Positions 1 through 9,017 of a DNA stretch of 64,000 bases are shown here, piece by piece; the first letter of the stretch is position 1; each line of letters begins with the position of its first letter. Made by a program: the position numbers and the translations under genes. The stretch comes from Deltaproteobacteria bacterium. GTDB taxonomy: Bacteria; Desulfobacterota; GWC2-55-46. The notes under the pieces were generated by a model. The model ran no database searches and was not told the DNA's origin. It saw only the letters and a list, made by a program, of their open reading frames with translations. The stretch is from contig JBBTBW010000006.1 of the NCBI GenBank assembly GCA_038043525.1, positions 424-64,423 on the forward strand, in the 5' to 3' direction.

Positions 1-830
1 CTTAAATGCCGAGGCCCCTGCCGCTATGAGGTCCGGGAGTATCGGAAGGACGTTTAACGATTCAGGGTCTTCCAGCGCGTATGTTATCTCTCCGTCAGCG
101 GTCTTGTAGCGTGCCTTGCAGCAGGTGGGGTAGGGTGAAGATTCTGTCGGCGAGAGCCTGTTGAGAAGCACGTTATTCAGCGATATAGTCATGCCGCCCT
201 CTGGTGTCGAGTTGAAGCGCACGAAGCGAGACGGCGAACATGCGCCTTCTGTGTTGGTCGATGCGCCGGTCACGAATGACGACAGGTAGCACCTGCCCTC
301 GACGTTTATGCACAGCCCCCCGAGAGCGAAGACTTCTATCTCCACGTCGGTATGCGCCTTGAGGTCTTTTATCTCAGAGACGGTCAGGACCCTCGGTAGC
401 ACTACGCGCTTTATGCCGAAGTGTCTCATGTAGAAGTTTATCGATTCATAGTTGGATGAGCTTGCCTGTGTCGAGAGGTGGAGGTTGGCCTGCGGGTATC
501 TCTCTCTTGCGTACTTCAATATGCCGAGGTTGGCGATGATGATGGCGTCGGCCTTGAGAGAGGCGGCGTTGTCAACGGCTTTGTACCACTTTGTGTAGGT
601 GTCCCCCTGCGGGAAGGTGTTTATGGCGACGAAGAACTGCCTCCCCTTCGAGCGGACGTAAGCGATCCCGTCGGAGAGCTCTTCAGGCGTGAAGTTGAGC
701 CCCTCGAAGTTGCGGGCGTTAGTCGAATCGTTGAACCCCAGGTAGACCGCATCCGCGCCGCTGTCTATTGCCGCCTTTAAGGAAGCGAGGTTGCCTGCAG
801 GCGCTATGACTTCAGCTTTTTTGAGCATGA
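1..830 (-). CDS. U32 family peptidase (YhbU/UbiU-like), 3' end beyond window edge
   Basis: Minus-strand translation from ATG (complement of 828-830) reads MLKKAEVIAPAGNLASLKAAIDSGADAVYLGFNDSTNARNFEGLNFTPEE...AINTFPQ, closely matching U32 peptidase N-termini (E. coli YhbU MELLCPAGNLPALKAAIENGADAVYIG..). Cys-rich segment further in. Not in ORF table because it is open at the window edge. Confidence 0.8.
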
Positions 831-924
831 GGGCCTTCCGGTCTGGGAAAGAGTCGTATTTATGAGATAGTAAAAAAATACCATTTTAAGCCGTTTGCAG
901 TCAAACGGAGTTTTTAAGACTCGC

Positions 925-1075
925 AGGGCGGGCTCGGCCCACCACTTGTATGAATGTCTCTTGCTACTGCAAGTCTTGTAGCAAGCGCAACCCTTCTTGC
1001 GAAGCGTTATCCCTTCAGCAGTCATTGACCGATTATGAGGATAAATTTCCGGCGAGTGTGACCAATCCTGCCACT
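925..1075. repeat. Left copy of an imperfect direct repeat (REP palindrome 928-944 plus a 52-bp exact segment cattgaccgattatgaggataaatttccggcgagtgtgaccaatcctgc)
   Basis: The 52-bp segment 1023-1075 is identical to 2057-2109. Both copies are preceded by ggtgggctc[ag]gcccacc. Confidence 0.8.
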
Positions 1076-1104
1076 AACGATATGTAGAAGATCATCCAGG
1101 CTCT

Positions 1105-1710
1105 TTATTCCATCTTATTTCCATATGGGGTTTTTAAAAACTTACCGTACGCCCATAGAGCCTCATCGAGTTTTTTCTTCGATATATCTATATTAGGACC
1201 TGATAGGCTATTAAAAAAAGGCACGTATTCGGAGAAATAAACAGCCTCTTTTTGGCGCTTATTATTTGGAATTTCTGCCCTTTGATTCTTAGAAATAAAA
1301 AGATAAGCCCGATAAACATGTTGATCAACAATAGGATAGCTATCCGGGCAAATAATATGTAGCAAAAATATCTTCCATATCACTCCATTTACAAAATCAA
1401 ACGTGCCTAAGAATTTGTCCAGAGAAAAATTGTTTTTTAAGCAGTTGATAACGTCTATTCTTCGAGTAATCTCCTGCAGGGTTTGCGTTTTTCTCTGAGA
1501 GAGATTGCCACCATTTTTCCATTCAAACAATAATCGCAGGTCTTCCTCAGTGATAGTAGTATTGTTAATTCTTTCAGAGTAATTCTTCTCACTTTGGTCG
1601 TGATAACAACTGCTCCAGAAATCCACAAAATCCTTTAAATTTACTGAACAATGGTTTAATTTCGTCAAATTCATGGTTATCACTTTGTCCTTAAACTTGT
1701 CCATTTTCAT
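1105..1710 (-). CDS. hypothetical protein (orphan ORF in AT-rich insert)
   Basis: 201-aa ORF. Its local GC is clearly lower than the surroundings. No motif recognised. Sits between the two direct repeats. Confidence 0.5.
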   Translation of the reverse strand: MKMDKFKDKVITMNLTKLNHCSVNLKDFVDFWSSCYHDQSEKNYSERINNTTITEEDLRLLFEWKNGGNLSQRKTQTLQEITRRIDVINCLKNNFSLDKFLGTFDFVNGVIWKIFLLHIICPDSYPIVDQHVYRAYLFISKNQRAEIPNNKRQKEAVYFSEYVPFFNSLSGPNIDISKKKLDEALWAYGKFLKTPYGNKME

Positions 1711-1985
1711 TAGTGCTCCTAGCCACTCATTTCACCCAACAAGCCTCATCCATAAAACAATCAAACCCGTGAGAGTTAAAACGCAAACTGTGAATGGTTA
1801 AAAGAATCTTTTTCGGTTCTCTTTGATTTTTATGGAGAATTTACTTGAGAAAATTGCTCCAATAAAGGCCTCTAAAAATCCACCAGCCAAAACATATAAA
1901 ACTATTACGAAAATGCCAAACCAGGCTTCGCCCCAAAAAGGTATTTTTGAAGCGAGACGAAAAATAAGAACAGGAATTAGTTCTG

Positions 1986-2110
1986 TAGGGTGGGCTCAGC
2001 CCACCAAGTCCTGTGGCAGGTTAGACCCGTCCTGCGAGGCGTTACCCCGTCCGCATTCATTGACCGATTATGAGGATAAATTTCCGGCGAGTGTGACCAA
2101 TCCTGCTACG
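1986..2110. repeat. Right copy of the direct repeat (REP 1988-2005 plus the 52-bp segment); an inverted REP copy follows at 2113-2129
   Basis: See left copy. ggtgggcagagcccaccctac at 2113-2133 is the same palindrome in opposite orientation. Confidence 0.8.
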
Positions 2111-2200
2111 CTGGTGGGCAGAGCCCACCCTACCTCTGAGCGCATTCCAAACCACCCCGCCCGGCCTCCCCTTGAACAAAGGGGGGAGAGATAAAAAAAG

Positions 2201-3385
2201 CTACGCCCTCAGAGCCACCACCCTGTCAAGTATCCTGTCAGCGACCTCGTCCTTTGGCAGGGGCGCCATGACCTCTGTCGAGTTTTCCCTGTTGAGTATC
2301 GTCACCTGGTTGATCTCGCTGTCAAGCCCTGCGGGCGTGTTGCCTATGACGAGGTCGAGGTTCTTATCCTGAAGTTTCTTTCTTGCGTTATCTTCGAGGT
2401 TCTCAGTTTCCAGCGCGAAGCCGACCAGGAACTGGCCCGGCTTCTTCTTTTTTCCCATATACTTGAGGACGTCGGTCGTCCTTTCCATATCAAGTGAGAG
2501 CGTGCCTGCGTCCTTTTTGACCTTTGAGGCGTAGCTCTTTACAGGCCTGTAGTCTGCTACAGCCGCGCTCATAATGACTACCGACGACTGAGGGAAGTAT
2601 CTGACTGAGGCGTCATACATCTCTTCGGCTGTTGTCACATGCACTACCGTCATGTTCGACGGGACCGGCAGATGGGTCGGGCCGGTGACAAGCACTACTT
2701 CGGCTCCACGTCTCCTTGCCGCTCTTGCTAGCGCGTAGCCCATGCGCCCTGACGATGAATTGGATACGAACCTCACAGGGTCTATCGCCTCTCTTGTCGG
2801 CCCGGCCGTGACAAGGACCTTCTCTCCTGCCAGGTCCTTAGGGCTTATAGCGTCCCTCGCGGCCTCCATGATATCTTCGAGGGCTGAGAGCCTGCCCTTG
2901 CCCTGATACCCGCACGCGAGGTCTCCCTCTGCAGGGCCGATGAAGAGGTAACCTCTGGACTTGAGCTTCTCTATGTTCTCAGCGACAGCCGGGTTTGCCC
3001 ACATCCGCGAGTTCATGGACGGCGCGAAGAGAACCGGGCAGCAGGCGGCCATTATGATCGTCGAGAGCAGGTCATCAGCGATACCTGACGCGGCCTTGCC
3101 GATGATGTTCGCGGTGGCAGGGGCGCATATTATCAGGTCTGACTTCTGGGCGACCTCAATGTGGCTTATCAGATTTGTACCGGTAAGCTCGAAAAGCCCG
3201 GTGCTGACAGGGTTCCTTGCAAGGGTTGAAAGGCTCAGAGGGGTTATGAACTCAGCGGCCGACTTTGTCATCACAGGCCATACAGAGGCCTCTTCCTTTA
3301 CAAGGAGCCTTGTCAGTTCGAGCGCCTTATAAGCCGAGATCGCGCCTGTCACGCCAAGGGCTATCTGTTTGCCTTTTAGTATCAT
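2201..3385 (-). CDS. coaBC: bifunctional phosphopantothenoylcysteine decarboxylase / phosphopantothenate-cysteine ligase
   Basis: 394 aa. N-terminal flavoprotein domain (GVTGAISAYKA...) and C-terminal CoaB domain (VTAGPTREAIDPVRFVSNSSSGRMG). Confidence 0.9.
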   Translation of the reverse strand: MILKGKQIALGVTGAISAYKALELTRLLVKEEASVWPVMTKSAAEFITPLSLSTLARNPVSTGLFELTGTNLISHIEVAQKSDLIICAPATANIIGKAASGIADDLLSTIIMAACCPVLFAPSMNSRMWANPAVAENIEKLKSRGYLFIGPAEGDLACGYQGKGRLSALEDIMEAARDAISPKDLAGEKVLVTAGPTREAIDPVRFVSNSSSGRMGYALARAARRRGAEVVLVTGPTHLPVPSNMTVVHVTTAEEMYDASVRYFPQSSVVIMSAAVADYRPVKSYASKVKKDAGTLSLDMERTTDVLKYMGKKKKPGQFLVGFALETENLEDNARKKLQDKNLDLVIGNTPAGLDSEINQVTILNRENSTEVMAPLPKDEVADRILDRVVALRA

Positions 3386-3541
3386 CGCAACTCCTCTCTG
3401 TCTCAGTCTCTTGAAAAAATCCCATCTGCGGCGTTGTCAGCAAGACTCATCCCTGCGGCGTAGCAAAAACTACGCCTCACTCTAAGACGCCATGCATTTG
3501 GGACTTTTTGAAGAGCCTGGGTCTTTCTGCGTTCTCGTGGC

Positions 3542-4180
3542 TTATCCTCGCCCTGCTATGAACGGGTTTTCCGTCTTTTCATCCTTGATGGTGCTTTGCG
3601 GGCCGTGGCCGGGCAGTATCATTACCGAGTCGCCCAGAGGCAGGAGCTTTTTCTTTATGGATGACATCAGAGCCTCCATCGAACCGCCCTCGAAGTCAGT
3701 CCTCCCCACAGAGCCTGCAAAAAGCGTATCGCCTGTAAAAAGCAGGCCATCCTTCTCAATGTAGAGGCAGACCCCGCCGCGGCTGTGGCCCGGCGTATGT
3801 ATGACCTTGAGCTCAAGGCCGCCGGCTTCAAGCGTCATCCCGTCTTCAAGGGACATGTCAGGCGGAGATTGCCTCGGCGTCTTCTGCCCGAAGAACGCCG
3901 CAAGATCGTGGGCGTCTTTAAGGAGATCAGCGTCCATCGGGTGTATCGCAACGCTCGCTCCTGAGTCTGCCTTGAGTGCGGCATCAGCGCCGACATGGTC
4001 GAAGTGGCCGTGCGTGTTGATTATATACCTGGCCTTGAGGCCGCGCTTATCGAGAGCCGATTTTATCTCCGCTGCGTCTCCGCCCGGGTCTATCACGAAG
4101 GCCTCAGTTGCCCCTTTCTTCCAGACGATGTAGCAGTTGACGTCGAGCGGGCCGACTACAAGGGTCACTATTTCTGCCAT
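3542..4180 (-). CDS. MBL-fold metallo-hydrolase (glyoxalase II-like)
   Basis: Motif THGHFDHVG. 212 aa. Overlaps the upstream gene by 13 nt, consistent with an operon. Confidence 0.8.
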   Translation of the reverse strand: MAEIVTLVVGPLDVNCYIVWKKGATEAFVIDPGGDAAEIKSALDKRGLKARYIINTHGHFDHVGADAALKADSGASVAIHPMDADLLKDAHDLAAFFGQKTPRQSPPDMSLEDGMTLEAGGLELKVIHTPGHSRGGVCLYIEKDGLLFTGDTLFAGSVGRTDFEGGSMEALMSSIKKKLLPLGDSVMILPGHGPQSTIKDEKTENPFIAGRG

Positions 4181-6678
4181 GATCTTATCTTCTCGCCGTA
4201 TTTTATTATAAGCTCTCGCGCTTTTTCTTCAGTGGAGGCCTCTGCGACGAGGTGGAAGTACGGAAGGTCCTGGCTCGGGAACGCCACAATCCAGTCGTCG
4301 CCTGACATTATCTTGATCCCGTCTATCAGGGCTACCTCTGAGCCCCTTGAGTCCTCGGCGAGCCTGCGCATGATCATGCCTTTATGCTCGAAAGAGCAGG
4401 CGATCTTCTCTTTGCTGATGATGGACGGAGGGACCTCTCTCAAGAGCTTATGCAGTCTGGTATCAGACGAAGCGAGCATCTCGAGTATCTTGGCTATTGC
4501 ATACATGCCGTCGAAGTTCGGCTGGAACTCGGGGAACATGAAGCCGCCCGTAGGTTCTCCGACGAAAAGAACGTCAGGCTCTGTTGCCGCCTCCATGAGG
4601 CCTCTGGCGCTTGTTTTAGTGCGCTTGACTTTGAAGCCGTAGTTGGAGGCGAGCAGTTCGATGGCCCTTGAAGCCGTCACCGGGACGGCTATGGAGCCTT
4701 TCCTTCCGGCGGCCTTGTAGGACTTGAAGACCAGAAGGGCGACTATGGATAGGGCGGTATCCCCGTCGAGGACTTCTCCGGTATCGTCTATGAGGAATAT
4801 CTTCTCGCCTCCGGCGTCGAGGTAGAAGCCGATGTCGGTGTTGAGCGAGCGGACTATGGATGAGAGCTGTGCTAAGGCCTTTGTGAACTCTTCCGATGTC
4901 TTCGTCGTCCTCGATCCGTCGAGGTTGGCGTTTAAGGCTATTACCTCGCAGTTTAGACGCCCGAGTATCGACGGGAAGATGCGCGAAGACGAGCCGTACG
5001 AATAGTCGAGGACCATCTTGAAGCCTGCCTTGCCTATGGCCTTCGCATCCACCTTGCTCATGAACCCGTTGTGGTAGTGCTCGAAGCCGTGGATCGGAAA
5101 GACCATCTCGCCAGTCTCATCCATCGGGACCCTGTCGAAGTCCTCCCTGAAAAAGAGCTTCTCTATCGTCTTTTCATATCCCGGATGGAGGTCGAGCCCC
5201 TTGTTGTCGAAGAACTTCAGATCTATGAGGTTCGGCTCGAAAGGCGACCTTCTGGTGTGTATGCCGCCGCCTTCGCTCCCGCCTCTTGCCAGGAACCTGA
5301 CTACAGGCATCGGCGTGACCCCGTAATCGTGGACGTTCACCCCTGTCGAGAGGATGCCGGTCATTACAGCCCTGTTTATCATGCGCGAGGTCTTGTGCGC
5401 GTCCCTGCTCGTCGAGACGAAGGAGCCTTTTTTGAGCGACGCGCCGTAGGCGGCCCCGAGCTTTGCGGCGAACTCCGGGGTCAGCTCGATATTGGCAAGA
5501 CCTGTCACTCCGTAGGTGGAGAAGATATGGCGCGACCACTTCTCACCCCATATCAGGCTCGACGCGAGCGTCGCGTCGTCGTCTACGATCTTGTGGGGCC
5601 ATACCTTGACGTTCGCCTTTACTGTGGCGTTCCTGCCGATCGTGCAGTTGTCGCTCACGACCACGCCTTCGGCAAGGTGCGCCCCTTCGGCTATGAACGT
5701 GTTCCGGCCGATGACGTTTTCCTGCATAAATGCGCTGCGGCTGACGGTTATGCCGTCCCAGAGAACCGAGTCGATTATGACGGCCCCTTCTTCGATGGAT
5801 GTGTTCGAGCCTATGATGGAATTGACTATCCTGGCGTCGGCTTCTATCCTGCAGTTGGCCCCTATGACTATCGAGCCTTCGAGCTTTGCGGTGAAATCTA
5901 TCCTTGAGCCCTTGCCGACCCTTACGCCTTTGTCAGGGATCTCCTCCCCTGCTATCTCCACGCTTACTTTGTTGTGAAGTATGTCCATGTTGGCTGTTCT
6001 GTATTCTTCAAGGCTCCCGACGTCTTTCCAGTACCCGTCGGCGATATAGCCGTATATAGGCTTTTTCTTCGCAAGCAGCATGGGAAAGAGGTCTTTGCTG
6101 AAGTCGAACTCGGCGTCTTCAGGGATGAAGTCGAGGACCTTTTTTTCGAGGATGTAGATGCCGGTGTTTATCGTGTCGCTGAAGACCTCTCCCCAACTCG
6201 GTTTTTCGAGGAACCTGACGACCTTGCCTGTCTTATCAGTGATGACTATGCCGAAAGGCAGAGGGTTTTCAACCCTTGTGAGTATTATCGTGACGAGGGC
6301 CTTTCTCTTCTTGTGGAAGGCCAGGGCCTTGGTCAGGTCTATGTCCGTGAGCACGTCGCCGCTTATGACAAGCGTCGTGTCGGTGCCGGCCATTTTTCTC
6401 ATGGCAAGAGCTACGCTTCCGGCGGTCCCGAGGTCAGAGGTCGCCGTTACGTAGTCGATATTGACGCCGAGTGAGGTCCCGTCGCCGAGGTGCTCTATTA
6501 TCATCTCAGGCTGAAAGTATAGAAGCCCGGTGAGGTCCTTGATCGAGTTTTTCTTGAGGAGTTCGACGATGTGATCGATGATCGGGCGGTTCGCCATCGG
6601 CACCATCGGTTTAGGAAGGTTGTTCGTGAGAGGGCGAAGCCTGGTGCCGAACCCTCCTGCCATGATGATGCTTTTCAA
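4168..6678 (-). CDS. bifunctional sugar-1-phosphate nucleotidyltransferase (with LbH domain) / phosphomannomutase-phosphoglucomutase family protein
   Basis: N-terminus MKSIIMAGGFGTRLRPLT matches the NTP-transferase G-loop. The middle has left-handed beta-helix repeats. The C-terminal ~450 aa carry PGM/PMM domains (DGDTALSIV metal loop, GEPTGG sugar loop). Confidence 0.8.
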   Translation of the reverse strand: MKSIIMAGGFGTRLRPLTNNLPKPMVPMANRPIIDHIVELLKKNSIKDLTGLLYFQPEMIIEHLGDGTSLGVNIDYVTATSDLGTAGSVALAMRKMAGTDTTLVISGDVLTDIDLTKALAFHKKRKALVTIILTRVENPLPFGIVITDKTGKVVRFLEKPSWGEVFSDTINTGIYILEKKVLDFIPEDAEFDFSKDLFPMLLAKKKPIYGYIADGYWKDVGSLEEYRTANMDILHNKVSVEIAGEEIPDKGVRVGKGSRIDFTAKLEGSIVIGANCRIEADARIVNSIIGSNTSIEEGAVIIDSVLWDGITVSRSAFMQENVIGRNTFIAEGAHLAEGVVVSDNCTIGRNATVKANVKVWPHKIVDDDATLASSLIWGEKWSRHIFSTYGVTGLANIELTPEFAAKLGAAYGASLKKGSFVSTSRDAHKTSRMINRAVMTGILSTGVNVHDYGVTPMPVVRFLARGGSEGGGIHTRRSPFEPNLIDLKFFDNKGLDLHPGYEKTIEKLFFREDFDRVPMDETGEMVFPIHGFEHYHNGFMSKVDAKAIGKAGFKMVLDYSYGSSSRIFPSILGRLNCEVIALNANLDGSRTTKTSEEFTKALAQLSSIVRSLNTDIGFYLDAGGEKIFLIDDTGEVLDGDTALSIVALLVFKSYKAAGRKGSIAVPVTASRAIELLASNYGFKVKRTKTSARGLMEAATEPDVLFVGEPTGGFMFPEFQPNFDGMYAIAKILEMLASSDTRLHKLLREVPPSIISKEKIACSFEHKGMIMRRLAEDSRGSEVALIDGIKIMSGDDWIVAFPSQDLPYFHLVAEASTEEKARELIIKYGEKIRSWQK

Positions 6679-6964
6679 TGGAGCCTCCTTAAAAATAAGA
6701 TAGCAGAGAACGCTTGCGTATTCGGGGCTGGTCGGACAGAACGGATTTTACCATAAATATCGATACCGTCAAGGTAATCTCTGACTTGCCGGATACCCGG
6801 ACAGGCCGATGCCGCTCCTTACCTGCGCCTCGCGGAGCCGCACTCTTGCCAAGAAATGATTTGACTTGCCCGGTCTGTATATGGTAATAAACCACGGTTC
6901 AATGCGCCTGCCCTCTGAGCCGCACCGACAGTGAGTCCCCGTAAGGGGCAAACGGGAGGCTTGT

Positions 6965-7186
6965 ATGGAAAAAGACGGTCGGGAGAGAGGGTTTTTCAAG
7001 GGGCTGGGAATGCTCGCGTCCATGGGTATAAACATGGTAGCGGCAACGTTCATCGGGCTAATCGCAGGCATATATCTCGATAAGTACCTCGGCGCCAAGC
7101 CCTGGTTCACTATAATCTTTCTCTTTTTAGGCATTGCCGCAGGGTTCAGGAACATATACCTGCAGACAAAGAAATATGGAGTATAG
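6965..7186 (+). CDS. atpZ: AtpZ/AtpI-family small membrane protein (putative F0F1 ATPase-associated)
   Basis: 73 aa with two predicted TM helices. Lies immediately upstream of atpI-atpB-atpE, as in deltaproteobacterial atp operons. Confidence 0.55.
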   Translation: MEKDGRERGFFKGLGMLASMGINMVAATFIGLIAGIYLDKYLGAKPWFTIIFLFLGIAAGFRNIYLQTKKYGV

Positions 7187-7592
7187 GCCCGCAGTCTCAT
7201 CAGGCGCGGCGGTCGCGGCAGCCGGCGCGGCCTCGAAGGTCTTGCTCTACTGCCTCGTCGCCGGGCTCTTTGCGGCATCCTTGGCCTGGATATGGAAGGG
7301 CGCCCACGCAGGCGCCGGAATCGCGGCGGGTTTCGCTGTAGGCACGCTCAATTCGCTCTGGCTCGTCTCGATAGCGCGAAGGGCGGTGGGGCTGACCTCT
7401 GAGAAGGCCGGCAGGTTCGTGCTTGTAAGGTACCAGTTGAGGTTCGCTGTAACGGCCGTGATTTTTTTCATCCTCGTGGCCTGGGGAGTATTCAGTCCGT
7501 GGGCACTCGTAGCAGGATTATCCGGGTCGCTTGTAGCGACCATAACAGCGATGATAAGAATGGCAAGGAAGGAGGCTTCAAAAGATGCATGA
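7176..7592 (+). CDS. atpI: ATP synthase protein I
   Basis: Hydrophobic ~138-aa protein from the internal ATG at 7176 (MEYRP...), chosen over the table start at 7134 to limit overlap with atpZ. Overlaps the atpB start by 8 nt. Confidence 0.5.
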   Translation: MEYRPAVSSGAAVAAAGAASKVLLYCLVAGLFAASLAWIWKGAHAGAGIAAGFAVGTLNSLWLVSIARRAVGLTSEKAGRFVLVRYQLRFAVTAVIFFILVAWGVFSPWALVAGLSGSLVATITAMIRMARKEASKDA

Positions 7593-8241
7593 ACTTATAG
7601 TGCCGACATTCGGCCTTGAGGCGCACACAGCCCTCATGATCTACATAATGATAGGCCTTACGATCTTTTCGTTTGTCCTGGCTGGGAGATTGAGCCTGGT
7701 GCCGGGAAGGACGCAGTCCGTGGTCGAGCTGGTAGTAGGCTCCTTCATGAACCTGGTCGATGAGACGATGGGGCACAAGGGCAGGAAGTACTTCCCGTTC
7801 ATACTGACCTTCGCGGTATTCATCTTCATCTCAAACGTCCTCGGCATGATACCCGGGCTCGTGCCGCCGACAGCGAACCTTAACACCACGCTGGCGCTGG
7901 CGCTCATAGTCTTTGTCGCAACGCACCTTATCGGGATCAAGGAACACGGCCTCAAGTACTTCAAGCACTTCACGGGTCCGGTCTGGTGGCTCGCCCCTCT
8001 CATGATACCGATCGAGATAATCGGGCATCTGGCGAGGCCGGTATCTCTCTCATTAAGGCTCTTCGGCAACATGATGGGCCACGAGCAGATAGTCGGCGTT
8101 CTGCTTCTTCTTATGCCGATAGCCTACCCGCTCCTTGCGATTTCAACCGTGCTCGGCATACTCGTAGTATTTATCCAGGCGTTTATCTTCGCGCTCCTGT
8201 CCATGATGTATATCGGCGGGGCGCTCGAAGAGGCGCATTAA
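7585..8241 (+). CDS. atpB: F0F1 ATP synthase subunit a
   Basis: 218 aa with conserved LSLRLFGNMMGHE around the essential Arg. Confidence 0.9.
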   Translation: MHELIVPTFGLEAHTALMIYIMIGLTIFSFVLAGRLSLVPGRTQSVVELVVGSFMNLVDETMGHKGRKYFPFILTFAVFIFISNVLGMIPGLVPPTANLNTTLALALIVFVATHLIGIKEHGLKYFKHFTGPVWWLAPLMIPIEIIGHLARPVSLSLRLFGNMMGHEQIVGVLLLLMPIAYPLLAISTVLGILVVFIQAFIFALLSMMYIGGALEEAH

Positions 8242-8370
8242 GACTTAAGGCTCAAACAGGCTTACTATAGGGCCGCATGGCAGAAGGTTCTGTCTATCGC
8301 AGGGTTTCAGGCTCAGCCGGGGAAGATGGCGACACCTGAGGCGTTGTATGGATGGAAAGGCTGCTGATGA

Positions 8371-8751
<381 letters not shown>

Positions 8752-8774
8752 GCTTTAAAAAGGATTTGGCTTTG

Positions 8775-8826
8775 GAAGCCCTGTTGCGCGCCCCTTGCGG
8801 GTCGCGTAGCAGGGCTTTTTTGTTCC
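8775..8826 (+). terminator. intrinsic terminator after atpE
   Basis: 15-bp stem aagccctgttgcgcg / cgcgtagcagggctt (two G-U wobbles), followed by TTTTTTGTT. Confidence 0.7.
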
Positions 8827-8903
8827 CCCCTCCTTAAAAGGCGGCCGCAGGTGCGCTTAACGCACTTATTTGCTCGTTTTTAGCATTATGCTGTCATTTC
8901 CGG

Positions 8904-8932
8904 TTGACAAATCGATTATAAAAACATATAAA
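8904..8932 (+). promoter_or_regulatory. candidate sigma-70 promoter (TTGACA-17-TATAAA) upstream of the hybrid histidine kinase
   Basis: TTGACA at 8904-8909, 17-nt spacer, TATAAA at 8927-8932. Confidence 0.35.
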
Positions 8933-9017
8933 CATTACTGCTTCCAGTCGAAATACAGTTATTGTTGAGACTGCCGCTGGGCCGCTATCACCAATCCTCG
9001 CATCTGACGGAGCGTGA

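Noticed and set aside
478-780. 100-aa plus-strand ORF
   Set aside because: It lies entirely antisense within the U32 peptidase gene (1-830, minus), which has a strong family match. The composition is typical of a GC-rich antisense frame.
804-1025. 73-aa ORF containing WWAEPAL
   Set aside because: It spans the REP palindrome and direct-repeat sequence, and the peptide motif is just the REP translated. Similar artefacts are 1823-2194, 28459-28641 (as a standalone ORF), 29789-30076, 30065-30280 and 56369-56560.
5071-5907. 278-aa plus-strand ORF (and other 100-250-aa ORFs antisense to large genes, e.g. 3995-4642, 16987-17424, 21984-22694, 45007-45789, 48087-48806, 52892-53704, 56919-57452)
   Set aside because: Each lies wholly inside a well-supported gene on the opposite strand and shows low-complexity, Arg/Ala/Pro-rich composition. 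These are GC-driven spurious frames.
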